From assembly GCA_037308085.1 (NCBI GenBank), contig CP147779.1, positions 2,144,001 through 2,208,000 of the forward strand: a DNA stretch of 64,000 bases, in the 5' to 3' direction. How positions within the stretch are numbered: the first letter of the stretch is position 1; every line of letters starts with the position of its first letter. Made by a program: the position numbers and the translations under genes. This DNA is from Promethearchaeati archaeon SRVP18_Atabeyarchaeia-1. GTDB lineage: Archaea > Asgardarchaeota > Atabeyarchaeia > Atabeyarchaeales > Atabeyarchaeaceae. This document shows positions 20,112 through 30,465 of the stretch, piece by piece. The notes under the pieces are model-generated. The model was not told the DNA's origin and made no database searches. It saw only the letters and a program-made list of their open reading frames with translations.

Positions 20112-21431
20112 CTAGGAGTCGCGGTAGTGTTCCCATTCCCAGTCTGTTACAGCCTCGCTGATGTAATTGCTCCACTCCCTGCGTTGGACATCAACGTACG
20201 TGTCAACCAGTTCCCTCCCCAGAGCCTTCATAAGACATTCGTCATTAGCAAGGTTATCGAGCGCTTCAACAAGTGATATTGGAAGCGGCCTAATTCCCAG
20301 TTGTTCTCTCTGCTCAGCTGTCAGGCGGAAGACATCCTCACTTGTTGGGTCGGGTGGCGCCAATTTTCTGTTTATGCCGTCCATCCCAGCTGCGACTAGG
20401 GCCGAGAATAGTAAGTATGGGTTTGTTGTTGGGTCGGGAGACCTGATCTCTATGGCCGCCTTTTGGCTGGAAGTGAATAGAGGAACTCTCACCAAGACTG
20501 TTCGGTTCACTGGACCCCATGATACGTAGACTGGCGCCTCATGGTTTGGAACTAGCCTTTTATAGGAATTGATGGTTGGATTCGCTACAGCTGTAATGGC
20601 TGGTGCATGCTCCAATAGGCCTGCGGCAAACATCTTCGCAGTGTTAGAGAGCCCGTTTGTGCTCTGGTCACCGAAGAGGTTTTTTCCACCCTCCCAAAGT
20701 TGAAGGTGGCAGTGGAGCCCACTCCCTGCGCCACCCTGAAATGGCTTGGGCATGAAAGTAACACCAAAGCCAGCCTTCCTTGTTATCGCATGGGCGACGC
20801 TCTTGAATAGAACTACATTGTCAGCCATTTTCATGGCATCATCATATTCGATCTCTATCTCATGTTGTGCTGCCCCCGCCTCATGGTGAGCCACGTGTGG
20901 CCTCATCCCCACTTTCTGGATCCCGCTCGCGATTCCCAGTAAGACATCCGCTGCCGGATCTGCTGGGTAGGTTTCAGCGTATCCGCCTTGGTCGAAGGGC
21001 ACGCCATCTTCCGTGATGAAGTAGAATTCAGGCTCGACCTTCGTTCTTAGTGTCGCACCATCGGAAAGATATTCCTTGCATACGCGGTGCAGCACACCCC
21101 GAGTATCTCTTGGATGGTATGTCTGACCTCTGGCCTTTCCCCCCTTCTCGTGGACAAAACACATTGTGGCTGCTCGTCTCTGCGGTGTGTACGGGAGTTC
21201 TACCAGTGAGCTGGGATCGGGGTCAAGCCTAAGGTCGGAATGTTCTACACTCGCAAACCCCAGAACTGAACTGCCGTCGATGCTGGTCCCTTCAGTCATC
21301 GCAGGGTCTAATTGCAGTTCATCAATCGTATCTGCAGGCTTGCAGGGAACGATCATTGCTCTAAGTCGCCCCAAGATGTCGACAGTCCGCATCTCGATAT
21401 ATTCGATCTTTTCGGACATTATGCCGGGCAC
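20112..21431 (-). CDS. glnA: Glutamine synthetase family protein (type I)
   Basis: DGSSV, EPEFY, HHEAGAAQHEI, TFMPKPF..GSGLHCH, PTINSYKRLVP..EAP, NRTVLVRVP, IEIRSPD..NPYL. Confidence 0.88.
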   Translation of the reverse strand: MPGIMSEKIEYIEMRTVDILGRLRAMIVPCKPADTIDELQLDPAMTEGTSIDGSSVLGFASVEHSDLRLDPDPSSLVELPYTPQRRAATMCFVHEKGGKARGQTYHPRDTRGVLHRVCKEYLSDGATLRTKVEPEFYFITEDGVPFDQGGYAETYPADPAADVLLGIASGIQKVGMRPHVAHHEAGAAQHEIEIEYDDAMKMADNVVLFKSVAHAITRKAGFGVTFMPKPFQGGAGSGLHCHLQLWEGGKNLFGDQSTNGLSNTAKMFAAGLLEHAPAITAVANPTINSYKRLVPNHEAPVYVSWGPVNRTVLVRVPLFTSSQKAAIEIRSPDPTTNPYLLFSALVAAGMDGINRKLAPPDPTSEDVFRLTAEQREQLGIRPLPISLVEALDNLANDECLMKALGRELVDTYVDVQRREWSNYISEAVTDWEWEHYRDS

Positions 21432-21679
21432 CAGCCTGGAATTCTAGTTTTCATGGTCACTGATTTCTACAAGATCCTGAGTTTCTCTCTGTGCACAGTT
21501 TGTGGGGTAGAAAACTAATCGCATCATTCCCTTAACTCTTTCGATTGAGAAAAGATAGCTGACCAGAGACGAACATGGATCTATCAGTTCCAACGGATCG
21601 TAGATGCTGGCTTCCTTCTCTCGGTCAGGTTTGTGTGCAATTCTCCGCGGATTGGTGTGCTCCAAGCGGGCCTATTCGC

Positions 21680-22189
21680 CTAACTGATTTGCTTCAACTT
21701 CAGCTCTGTGACTGCCGCCTTTACTGCCTGCTGGATCTTCGCTGCTTCTTCTGGGCTAGCGTAGTTCTGCCGGGGGTAGAAGAATCCTCTGAGTCCATCG
21801 CCAGATCTGCGTGGGACTATGTGCACATGGAGATGAGCTACGCTTTGGCTTATCTTGTTGTTTATGCCTAGGAATGAACCGTCCGCATGCAGACCCTTCT
21901 CAACGGCGATGGCCAGCAGCTTAACGTTTATGAAGAAGGGTCCGACGAGGTCCAGCGGGAGTTCTGAGATGGTCACATAATGCTCGTTGGGCACAAGGAG
22001 GCAGTGACCTGGGAAAAGTGGTCTCTTGTCCAGGAACGCCGTAGAGATTTCATCCTGAAACACGATTAGGCTGTCCGTTTTCTCCTTGGCTATCTGGCAG
22101 AATACGCATTGCTGTCCTAGTTTTCCTCGTCGCGGGTTCTCCTCGACAAGTGAGGTCTGCTTTATTGTCCTCTTTTCAGTCATATCCAT
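21680..22189 (-). CDS. HIT family nucleotide hydrolase
   Basis: CVFCQI, PGHCLLVP, HLHVHIVPR. Start uncertain (22189 or 22183). Confidence 0.92.
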   Translation of the reverse strand: MDMTEKRTIKQTSLVEENPRRGKLGQQCVFCQIAKEKTDSLIVFQDEISTAFLDKRPLFPGHCLLVPNEHYVTISELPLDLVGPFFINVKLLAIAVEKGLHADGSFLGINNKISQSVAHLHVHIVPRRSGDGLRGFFYPRQNYASPEEAAKIQQAVKAAVTELKLKQIS

Positions 22190-22293
22190 CCCCGCCTGAA
22201 CGCTGAAACGCGAATCCTGACACAACCCATCGAATCTTCGTCTGGAGCTTGTAGCAGAAAGCTCCCAAGCTTGATCTCTCGCGGAGATTAACG

Positions 22294-23208
22294 TCACTTC
22301 TTGTATTTGATGAAGGTTCCGTTCTCGTACTCTTCGAATGCTATTCTGAGTTCTTCCTGCGTATTCATGACGATGGGGCCATACCAGGCAACCGGCTCAA
22401 GGATGGGTTTTCCCGATACCAAGAGAAACCTCGCCTTGTCACTCATCGTACTGATCTCGAGCTGAACGCCATCGTCGAAGATGATCAAGTTTTCCGGTGC
22501 GATCATGGCTTTGCGCTCCAAGTCGAAGTAGTTGGCACCTTCCACTTCGAAAGTGTACGGATCCCTCCTGTCATCGAAGTACCCCTTTCCTTCAATCACG
22601 TAGGCGAAAACTGTGTGACCGCGCTTGACATCAAGCTTGAGATCTGATTTGGCAGGAACTGTGACATCCAGGTACCTGGGCTCGGTCACAATATCCTGAA
22701 CCGGTCCCTTTGCTCCATTCACTTCGCCGCAGATGATCTTAGCCTTGGAGCCCCCCTTAAGAGTCACTTCCGGTATCTGGTTGGCTTTGACTTCTCGGTA
22801 GCGAGGGTCCATCATCTTGTGTGAGGCTGGGAGATTTGCCCAGAGCTGGAAGCCCCACATCAGTCCATCCTTCTGTCCCTTGGGCATTTCCTGGTGGATG
22901 ATCCCGCTTCCCGCAGTCATCCATTGTACATCCCCTGAACCGATAACACCCTTGTTGCTCATGCTGTCGCCGTGCTCGACTCGTCCGTGCAGAACGTAAG
23001 TGACCGTCTCGATACCTCGGTGTGGGTGCCAAGGAAATCCGCTCAGATAGTCCCTAGGATTGCTGGAGTGGAAGTCATCAAGCAACAAGAAAGGATCGAG
23101 TTGGGGAACGTGGTAGGATCCGAAGGCCCGCTTCAGGTTTACGCCCGCCCCCTCAATTGTGGGCTTGCTTCGCATTACTCTCTTGATTCTTCTCGTGCCG
23201 CTCATCAT
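22294..23208 (-). CDS. Pirin family protein
   Basis: DPFLLLD, GFPWHPHRGIETVT, WMTAGSGIIHQE, QLWANLP, GPIVMNT. Confidence 0.95.
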   Translation of the reverse strand: MMSGTRRIKRVMRSKPTIEGAGVNLKRAFGSYHVPQLDPFLLLDDFHSSNPRDYLSGFPWHPHRGIETVTYVLHGRVEHGDSMSNKGVIGSGDVQWMTAGSGIIHQEMPKGQKDGLMWGFQLWANLPASHKMMDPRYREVKANQIPEVTLKGGSKAKIICGEVNGAKGPVQDIVTEPRYLDVTVPAKSDLKLDVKRGHTVFAYVIEGKGYFDDRRDPYTFEVEGANYFDLERKAMIAPENLIIFDDGVQLEISTMSDKARFLLVSGKPILEPVAWYGPIVMNTQEELRIAFEEYENGTFIKYKK

Positions 23209-23416
23209 GAGCCCCCGCTTGGTGGGAGCTCGGATTCTCGTATAAGAATTCCGCTGCCTCATTCAGCATAAGTGTGGTTCACGAGTTTGACTGCCTCTGC
23301 GACAACCGCAACCGCGCCCCATGATTTTTATCTCAGGAGTCCAAAATACATAGAGACGCTCATAGCTGACCGCAGTATCGAGACTGCGGCTTAAGGTCTG
23401 CAGGGTTGCGCTGGAA

Positions 23417-24991
23417 ATGGGGTATTCTGAAATGAGGGAGAAAGTGCTACTTCTAGGTGCGTCTGGCTCTATGGGCTTTGCTGCATTCAAAGAGCTCTGG
23501 AACCGCAGGAACGGAAATGGCGAACGCAAATACGACATCGTCCTTCTGCTGCGTCCCTCCTCGAAAAATAAGGAGCTATTGAGACCATATGAGAAATCCA
23601 GCGGGATCAGACCAATACATGGCGCTGGCATCACGGAGGACGACAAGAAGTCGTTCAGGATTGTATGGGGAGACGCCACGATTTACAGTGACATGCTGGA
23701 AGCTGTGAGAGGGGTTGACTGGATACTCTGTCCAATGGCATTTATCGCGCCAGAGGCGGATCACAAGCCAGACATGGCCAAGGCTGTCAACACCACGGCC
23801 ATCGAATACGTCATCAAGGCAATCTACGAAGTCGGCGGACAGACCCACATCAAGTTCATCTACACTGGATCAGTTGCTGAAACCGGTGACCGGCTCCAGG
23901 CCATTCACCTGGCCAGAGTAGGGGACCCACTCAAACCCTCCGCCTTCGATTTCTATGCGACCACAAAGATAGCTGGAGAACGAGCAGTCATCGAATCAGG
24001 GCTGAAATACTGGGTCTCCCTGCGACAAACCTACATTGCTCTCCCTGACGCGATGTCGCTAATGGATCCCATCATGTTTCACCAGCCCATTGATACTCAT
24101 ATCGAGCTCAACACTAATCATGATGCAGGTCGCGGCCTAGTGAATTGCTTGGATGTGCCAGAAGACTCGGATTTCTGGCGACGAGTGTACAACATGAGTG
24201 GAGGACCTTCTTGCCGCGTTATCTTCCTCGACTACCTTGACACAATGATGAGACTACTGGGAATGGGAGACTACCGCAAGATAATGGATCGTAGGTGGTT
24301 CGCCCTGCGTAACTTCCATTGCCAGTACTTCGAGGACTCCTATATATTGAACAACTACATCCACAACTGGGGAGAAACGCTTGTCGATCACTATCGCCAG
24401 GTGAAAAAGAATGCGCCTCGACGCGTAAAGCTAGCTTCAAAGCTGAGCAAGATACCAGGGCTTCGCCGGATCATACGGCGCACTGCCTACAAGATGATGA
24501 GAAGAATGGTCTCGGGAAAAGACGGAACGCTCTATTGGTTTGAACAGCACAACGACAAGCGGATTGCGGCATTCTACGGGTCATATGCCACCTACGAAGC
24601 CATCCCAGACTGGGACTTGGGCATGCCTGAGAACGGGACCCAGCCGGTCAGACTTGACCACGGGTACGACGAATCAAAGGAGAAGCTGGATGTCGAAGAT
24701 CTTCAAGGCGTCGCAGAATTTAGGGGAGGTAAGCTCCTCGCCAATAGATGGAACGGAGACTTATACGAGAAGCTACGCTGGAAATGTGCTTTGGGCCACG
24801 AGTTTGATGCAAGCCCGTATCTGGTCCTGAAAACCGGGCACTGGTGCCCGATCCCACCGTGTACTCCGCCACCCTGGAACTACGATGAAATCGCGAAGGT
24901 CAATCCATTCTTCGCGCAGGTCTGGTACAAGAATCATAGCAAGAATGAACACAACTACTTCGACGAGAATTGCTATCGGGACATCCTGTAG
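23417..24991 (+). CDS. NAD-dependent epimerase/dehydratase (extended SDR) with C-terminal zinc-finger-like domain
   Basis: GASGSMG, YATTK (YxxxK), C-terminal WKCALGHEF...WCP. Confidence 0.85.
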   Translation: MGYSEMREKVLLLGASGSMGFAAFKELWNRRNGNGERKYDIVLLLRPSSKNKELLRPYEKSSGIRPIHGAGITEDDKKSFRIVWGDATIYSDMLEAVRGVDWILCPMAFIAPEADHKPDMAKAVNTTAIEYVIKAIYEVGGQTHIKFIYTGSVAETGDRLQAIHLARVGDPLKPSAFDFYATTKIAGERAVIESGLKYWVSLRQTYIALPDAMSLMDPIMFHQPIDTHIELNTNHDAGRGLVNCLDVPEDSDFWRRVYNMSGGPSCRVIFLDYLDTMMRLLGMGDYRKIMDRRWFALRNFHCQYFEDSYILNNYIHNWGETLVDHYRQVKKNAPRRVKLASKLSKIPGLRRIIRRTAYKMMRRMVSGKDGTLYWFEQHNDKRIAAFYGSYATYEAIPDWDLGMPENGTQPVRLDHGYDESKEKLDVEDLQGVAEFRGGKLLANRWNGDLYEKLRWKCALGHEFDASPYLVLKTGHWCPIPPCTPPPWNYDEIAKVNPFFAQVWYKNHSKNEHNYFDENCYRDIL

Positions 24992-25134
24992 CCCAATCGA
25001 CTTGAGCAGGTTTCATCTTCCACCGAGGTCCAGCTCTTGGGCGATGCGGCCAGCAAACATCCGCCAACTATATAACCCAATAGCCAACAAACAGAACAAC
25101 AGCAATCGATTCTGAAGAGCAAAGGTGAATCATA

Positions 25135-25467
25135 ATGTCAGAGACAGCGAAGAATGGTGATACAGTCCGAGTCCACTATGTTGGTAAGTTCCCTGGCGGG
25201 AAAGTATTCGACACGTCCATGGAGAAGGAAGCAGTCCGCGCAAGCATACTGCAGAAGGGGCGCGACTACAAGCCACTTACTGTCACGCTAGGTGCAGGTC
25301 AGGTCATAAAGGGGTTCAACGATGCGATTATCGGCATGAAGAAGGGTGAAGAGAAGACGGTGACGTTACCACCTGAGCTGGCCTATGGCAAAACTGGCAA
25401 GCATCCCATGGCCGGCAAGACGCTTCAATTTCGGATTATCTTGGTTGACTTTGCTGGCAAGGCATAG
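25135..25467 (+). CDS. FKBP-type peptidyl-prolyl isomerase (short form)
   Basis: [39 protein letters not shown]. Confidence 0.93.
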   Translation: MSETAKNGDTVRVHYVGKFPGGKVFDTSMEKEAVRASILQKGRDYKPLTVTLGAGQVIKGFNDAIIGMKKGEEKTVTLPPELAYGKTGKHPMAGKTLQFRIILVDFAGKA

Positions 25468-25534
25468 GCTTGCGCCCAAGGGATGAATCATATTTTAGTA
25501 GAATACACTCAAAAAGAGCCAAGCATAGATCAGG

Positions 25535-26284
25535 TTACGTGTAATACTCCTCGCTGAGTCCTTCTCCGCAGGCTGGGCAACTCTTCCTTTCACGGATCCA
25601 TCCAATAAGATCGGCTCTATGTGCTAGCCTGCCGCAGTGCGGGCACCAAACTACATCATCTCTCTGTTTAAGCTCCAGGCCACACACCATGCATTTCTCC
25701 GTCTCCTGCGTCTGCGCCACGAGTGTTTGCCTTGATTTCCCCTTTTCTTCCATTTGCTGTGGTTCAGCTCGGCCAGCTCCGGCCTGCAGTTTTGACCCGC
25801 AGTGGTAGCAGAACTTCGCGCCTGCTGGGGCTACCGTAGCATGACAGTGTGGGCAGGCTGCTTGTTCGAAGCCATTTCTCACGGAGATCTTTGAAGGCCC
25901 CCTCTGAGTTTAGGTTGGTCCCTCTTGATCCGCTTCTTGTCTCGCAGTTTCCTCAAGGCGATCCGCGTAGAGAGGTCGGTACGAGTCATCCTTTGGCTCC
26001 TCCTCATCCTCGTCCTCATTATCCTCGGTCTCGGGTAGAGTTGCTTCACCCAGCTCTCGGCTCGGTGTCTGCGGCACGATCTCATCGGACCTGTAGGAAG
26101 GATCTCTTACGTAAGTGCTGTGTCGCGACGCGCGCGGGCAGTCAACAACTTCCACCGAATTAAGGAAGAATCCACCCAGGCTCGCCTTCCTCTCCAGTAT
26201 TGCTCCGCAGCCAGGACAAACCACCTCCTGAGAATAACGCGTGGGATGCCAGAGCCAGATCCCACAGTTCGGACACCTAGCCAT
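25535..26284 (-). pseudogene. Zinc ribbon, acidic linker, zinc ribbon, variant RING gene split by one in-frame TAA
   Basis: ORFs 25910-26284 and 25535-25882 share a frame (EGPT*TQRGPSKISVRNG). Same layout as 32431-33108. Confidence 0.75.
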
Positions 26285-26342
26285 ATGTACCTCTCACCGC
26301 CTCACTTCTGCCAGGATTAGTCAGCAAACCCGGTTCTACGAA

Positions 26343-27143
26343 TTATATTCCTTCAACGTAATGCTCATCAAGATGCTTCTCGCAGACCGGGCAGTAGTCA
26401 TGAGTGTGCAACCATTCCAGCATGTGTTCCCTGTGTGCTGGACTTCCGCAGTGGGGGCAAAACACCACCTCATCCGCCTTGGAGATAGCAAGATTGCATA
26501 CGATGCACTTCCCAGCAGAACCGGAGGCTGCAGATATACTTGTCAGCGATCCCACTTCCACATATTGCTCCAAGTCTCCAACTGAAGTTCCTCGGCCACG
26601 AGCGAATATCGCCACGAAAACAATCATAATGAATATCATAAAAAAGCCAGGAACAATCAGGAGCGGTGCCAGAAACGAAGAGCCCCCCATAAATGACATC
26701 GGGCCGACGAATAAGAATATGACGATGAACCCGAAGAAGATGCAAAAGAATACTGGTATGAGGAGAGCTGCGCCCGAGGCTCCCCTTCCCGAGGGATGTA
26801 TTTCGCCAGTCTCATCGCAAGCTAGCCTCTTAACGTCAACTGATTCAGGTAGATTGCTGCCTGCTTTCCACACTCTCGCTCTGCCCCAGATGGTGACATT
26901 GTTACCGGGCATGATTCCAATGTTTCGGGTCTGCATATCTATAAGGCAGGTTACGGGTTTCCCTCCGATTCTCACAGTTATGGCCCCGACCTGCGATATC
27001 CAGCTAGATACCGATCCCGCGGTGGAGCCGCCTGCATAGCCCCTTACGTGTGTTTCAGGGTTCAGGCGAACTTCAGTTACCTCACCGCTAAACTTCACTA
27101 GCTCAGGCCGAGTAGCAGTATTGCTTCTTGAAGCTGGCGGCAT
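26343..27143 (-). CDS. OB-fold-like domain, two TM, variant RING protein
   Basis: Beta-rich N-terminus (FSGEVTEV..GNNVTIWG); two TM helices; CIVC..CPHC..HREH..W..CPVC. Confidence 0.78.
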   Translation of the reverse strand: MPPASRSNTATRPELVKFSGEVTEVRLNPETHVRGYAGGSTAGSVSSWISQVGAITVRIGGKPVTCLIDMQTRNIGIMPGNNVTIWGRARVWKAGSNLPESVDVKRLACDETGEIHPSGRGASGAALLIPVFFCIFFGFIVIFLFVGPMSFMGGSSFLAPLLIVPGFFMIFIMIVFVAIFARGRGTSVGDLEQYVEVGSLTSISAASGSAGKCIVCNLAISKADEVVFCPHCGSPAHREHMLEWLHTHDYCPVCEKHLDEHYVEGI

Positions 27144-27441
27144 TACCGATCTCCTCCATCTTCCTTCTTTTTACCCTTGCGATAGTCTCTCTTGATTTGC
27201 CCAACCATAATATATTTTTCGCTCCAAAAGAACCCCGCGTGATGACAGCCCAGGCGGGCGCTCTACTACGCTCCGACCCAACACTCGGTTGAAGCGACCA
27301 CGCGCACGGGAATAACAATACGGCACCAGAAGACCTTTAGGCAGGAATCCCCCAAAATGGGGAAGTGTATGGCAAAGATTTGGCAGAAGTTTTGACCGCA
27401 ATTCGCCTATAACAAAGGGTGAACCCCCTCGAGGTGATAAC

Positions 27442-27981
27442 TTGACAGCCAGAAGCGCTCTAGAGGGATTATTCCTAAGAAAAGGATTCAACGACTTTAA
27501 GTGGATCGACCCGGCGAAGATCATTGTATCCCAATGGGTCAGGATGAAATGCACCTTCGGATGCCCGGAATATGGCAGGAATGCTTCGTGCCCTCCGAAT
27601 ACGCCGTCAGTCCCGGAGTGCGAGAAGTTCTTCAAGGAATACAAGGAGTCAGTGGTCTTCCACTTCCCGAAGAAAGTCGACAAGCCTGAAGACCGCCACG
27701 CATGGACCAAGAAGGTAAGCCTCAGCCTCCTGGAACTCGAGAGAGAGGTTTTCCTCTCGGGCTACCGAAAAGCGTTCCTCCTCGTCATGGATAGCTGTGG
27801 GCTCTGCGAGGAATGTACTGGGAATAGACAGACATGCAAGCAACCGAGGCTCTCGCGCCCTACTCCTGAAGCGCTGGCCGTCGATGTCTTCGCAACAGTC
27901 AGGCAGATAGGGTACCCTATCGAGGTTCTCAGGGACTACTCCGAGACAATGAATCGCTACGCTATCATGCTGATTGAGTAG
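27442..27981 (+). CDS. DUF2284 family metal-binding protein
   Basis: WVRMKCTFGCPEYG..SCPP, CGLCEEC, RPTPEALAVDVF. Confidence 0.85.
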   Translation: MTARSALEGLFLRKGFNDFKWIDPAKIIVSQWVRMKCTFGCPEYGRNASCPPNTPSVPECEKFFKEYKESVVFHFPKKVDKPEDRHAWTKKVSLSLLELEREVFLSGYRKAFLLVMDSCGLCEECTGNRQTCKQPRLSRPTPEALAVDVFATVRQIGYPIEVLRDYSETMNRYAIMLIE

Positions 27982-28056
27982 GAGCAGTCACTCAGATACT
28001 GCCAGCGATCTGAAAATGCAGTGGAAAACTAGTAGTTCGCCGCACGCGATTGGGTT

Positions 28057-29163
28057 CTACCCCATGGTCATCTCTTCTACTTGAATGCCTCTCCTCTGGA
28101 GTTCTCGGAGGACCAGTTTGGAAACCTTGTCGTCCATGCCAAGAACCTCAAGTGGTAGGACACCCCTCCGTTGTATCTGCTTCCGGGCTACAAGTAGCGA
28201 CATGATGGCTATTGGATAACCCGTCGTGCGAGACATGGAGGATATCTTGTTCCTATCGTCGTACCTGTCGAGCATGCGATACCTTACAGACTCTGCTTCT
28301 CCTTTTACTTCTACTTCTAGTATTGTGATGTCTCTTTCTCCCTTTTCCAGTGCCAGCGTCGAGGAGATGAAGGCCTCCATGAAGTCTCTTGGTCTTATTC
28401 CAAGGATCTTTGGCTCCTTCGCGAAGAGACCCATGTGAACCATAGTCTTGATTTTCTCCACATGCCCGGGGTACCTGATCGTCTTCTCGTCCATTTCCTT
28501 GAGCTTCAGGGTATCCACCAGAGTTCTGAGGCCATCCGTGTAGAAGCACTCGAGTTTTCCGATGCCCGGGAAGTCGAAGGTTTCAAGACCCGTTAGGGCA
28601 TCGACCTCGACCGTCACTCCGTTCTTCACTATCCGCGCCTTGCGGGTGTACTCATCAACCAGCGCTTCCGCTGAGAAGACAAGTCTGTAGTTCAGAGGGG
28701 GTGTAGGTTTCTCTGGCAGGCCGCCAACCTTTATGTGGGCTTCAGTTGGATTCTTCACCTTGGTCATTCCCAGTCCAACCAGGAAGTTGCTGAATCCAGG
28801 GGCGACCCCACAATCTGGCACGATGATAACCCCTGCGCCTTTTGCCTTCTCGTCGAGAGTCAGGGGATTCTCTTCTCCGAAGGAGACATCAACAAGATCC
28901 ACTCCCGCCCTGATCGCCGTCTCCATCACCCCGAACCCCAAGTTACCCGGAACTGCTGACGCCACAACGTTGTACCCACTCTCCATGACCTTCAACAGCG
29001 TCTTTTGGTCCTTGAAGTCCATCTTCACCACTCGGCAACCTGGGATAGTCTTCGCTTCTCGGTCTCCAACTATCACCTCTGCGCCGCTCCTCGCCAACTC
29101 TCGTGCCAAGACGCCACCTATCATTCCCGCACCAAGCACCAGTATCTTCGGATGTTGGCTCAT
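28057..29163 (-). CDS. Saccharopine dehydrogenase / lysine 6-dehydrogenase family oxidoreductase
   Basis: GAGMIG, DCGVAPG, VGGLP, FYTDGLRTL, KTIRYPGH, MSRTTG. Confidence 0.9.
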   Translation of the reverse strand: MSQHPKILVLGAGMIGGVLARELARSGAEVIVGDREAKTIPGCRVVKMDFKDQKTLLKVMESGYNVVASAVPGNLGFGVMETAIRAGVDLVDVSFGEENPLTLDEKAKGAGVIIVPDCGVAPGFSNFLVGLGMTKVKNPTEAHIKVGGLPEKPTPPLNYRLVFSAEALVDEYTRKARIVKNGVTVEVDALTGLETFDFPGIGKLECFYTDGLRTLVDTLKLKEMDEKTIRYPGHVEKIKTMVHMGLFAKEPKILGIRPRDFMEAFISSTLALEKGERDITILEVEVKGEAESVRYRMLDRYDDRNKISSMSRTTGYPIAIMSLLVARKQIQRRGVLPLEVLGMDDKVSKLVLRELQRRGIQVEEMTMG

Positions 29164-29231
29164 GAGAAACCACCGTGATACCCTCTTGAATGAATAGCGA
29201 CTTACCCCGAGGGTAATATATTACTTCCTCT

Positions 29232-29360
29232 GGTTCTGTTATCTCTGCGGTTGATAACCGTTTGGGTTAACTTCTCCGCTCTGGCTCACCGCCTTATTTA
29301 GGGGTCGGATCACGGCTACATGTGCGGGGCGATCCAGCCTGAACCGCAGGCTTTCATCTT
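29232..29360 (-). ncRNA. Putative reRNA/omegaRNA scaffold overlapping the tnpB 3' end
   Basis: Hairpin AGCCTG-CGGTT-CAGGCT (29352-29336), whose GGTTC is complementary to the terminal GAACC; homologous to the MITE interior. 5' boundary approximate. Confidence 0.6.
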
Positions 29361-30465
29361 GGGTTTTGAGCAGGTTTAAGCAGGCGTTTACATGTCGATC
29401 TGTTCCGCACCATCCTAGGGTTTTCGCTTTCGGGTCTTGCATGATGCACCCACACACCGCGCAAATCCTAGAAGTGTTCCACGGACTGACTTTGACGGTT
29501 TGGACTCCCGCCCAGAGAGCCTTGTACTCGATGAAGCCCTGCAGCTTGCGGAAGCTCCACGAGTTCAACCTCCGCTTCAGTTTCCTGGAGTGTTTGCTTA
29601 TCTTCTGAATCCTCCCGTTGAAGCTGTTGACGCCCAAGACCTTCCTGTTAATCGCCCTGCGGATATGTCTAAGATCCTCGAGGATAATGCCTTGCTCCCT
29701 GGCTTTTGCTTGTCTAACTATCGCTGAACTCACCTGGTGCAGGACTGTGTTGACCTTGTTGTTCTGGTTGGTGAACCATCTTCTCTGAATCTTCTTGGCT
29801 ACCCGCTTGTCCTTAGCGTACTTGGCTTGAACCTTTCGTACACGCTCGAAGTATCCGTGCCTCGCCTCTGAAACCCTCTACAGATCGTGGCTTTCAATAG
29901 TTAGCTGTCCATCTTCTTTTGCGCTTGCTCCGTCCAACGAGCGTTCATTCGTGTCGTACGCGATGTAACCCTTTGGTTCGGCGACCTCAGCGGTCTTCGA
30001 GAAAACCAGCGAAACCGTGCAGGCAGCCAAGGACACTGAACCCAACTTGAGCGCGGCATCCGATAGGAACTGCGCAGCCCTCTTATGCAGGGGAACGTAG
30101 AAGTACTCTCTGGGCTTGATCGGTATTCTCAGTTTGCCGTCAACGAATCTGTAGGCCTGGTTTCCCAGTTTGGCCGTGAGTTTCTTGGCCCTCGGCGCTC
30201 TAACAATCCGGCGCCTTCTTTTCGCTTTCCGGTAGTTCTTCAGGATGGCGGTGGCAGCCTCGATGGCTGAGAGGCTTTACCAGGTGTGGAGACCGAAGCC
30301 GCTTAGCTGGTCGTACGTCTCGCTCTGCAGGCTGAGCCTGGAAGTTGCATTCCTCTCCAGGCCGACGCGGATGCAGTGGTTAACCATGGTTCTGAAGGTT
30401 TCAAGGAGGCTGAGAACACCACTTGTAGGCTCGTATGGTACCTGCACCGCTTTAACTGCCTGCAT
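29239..30465 (-). pseudogene. tnpB: TnpB/Cas12f-like RNA-guided nuclease (408 codons, two in-frame stops)
   Basis: Single frame from ATG 30465, with stops TAA 30277-30279 and TAG 29878-29880. RuvC-I YIAYDTNERS, RuvC-II IILEDL, WSFRKLQGFIEYKA, NTSRICAVCG, DRHVNACLNL. Confidence 0.92.
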
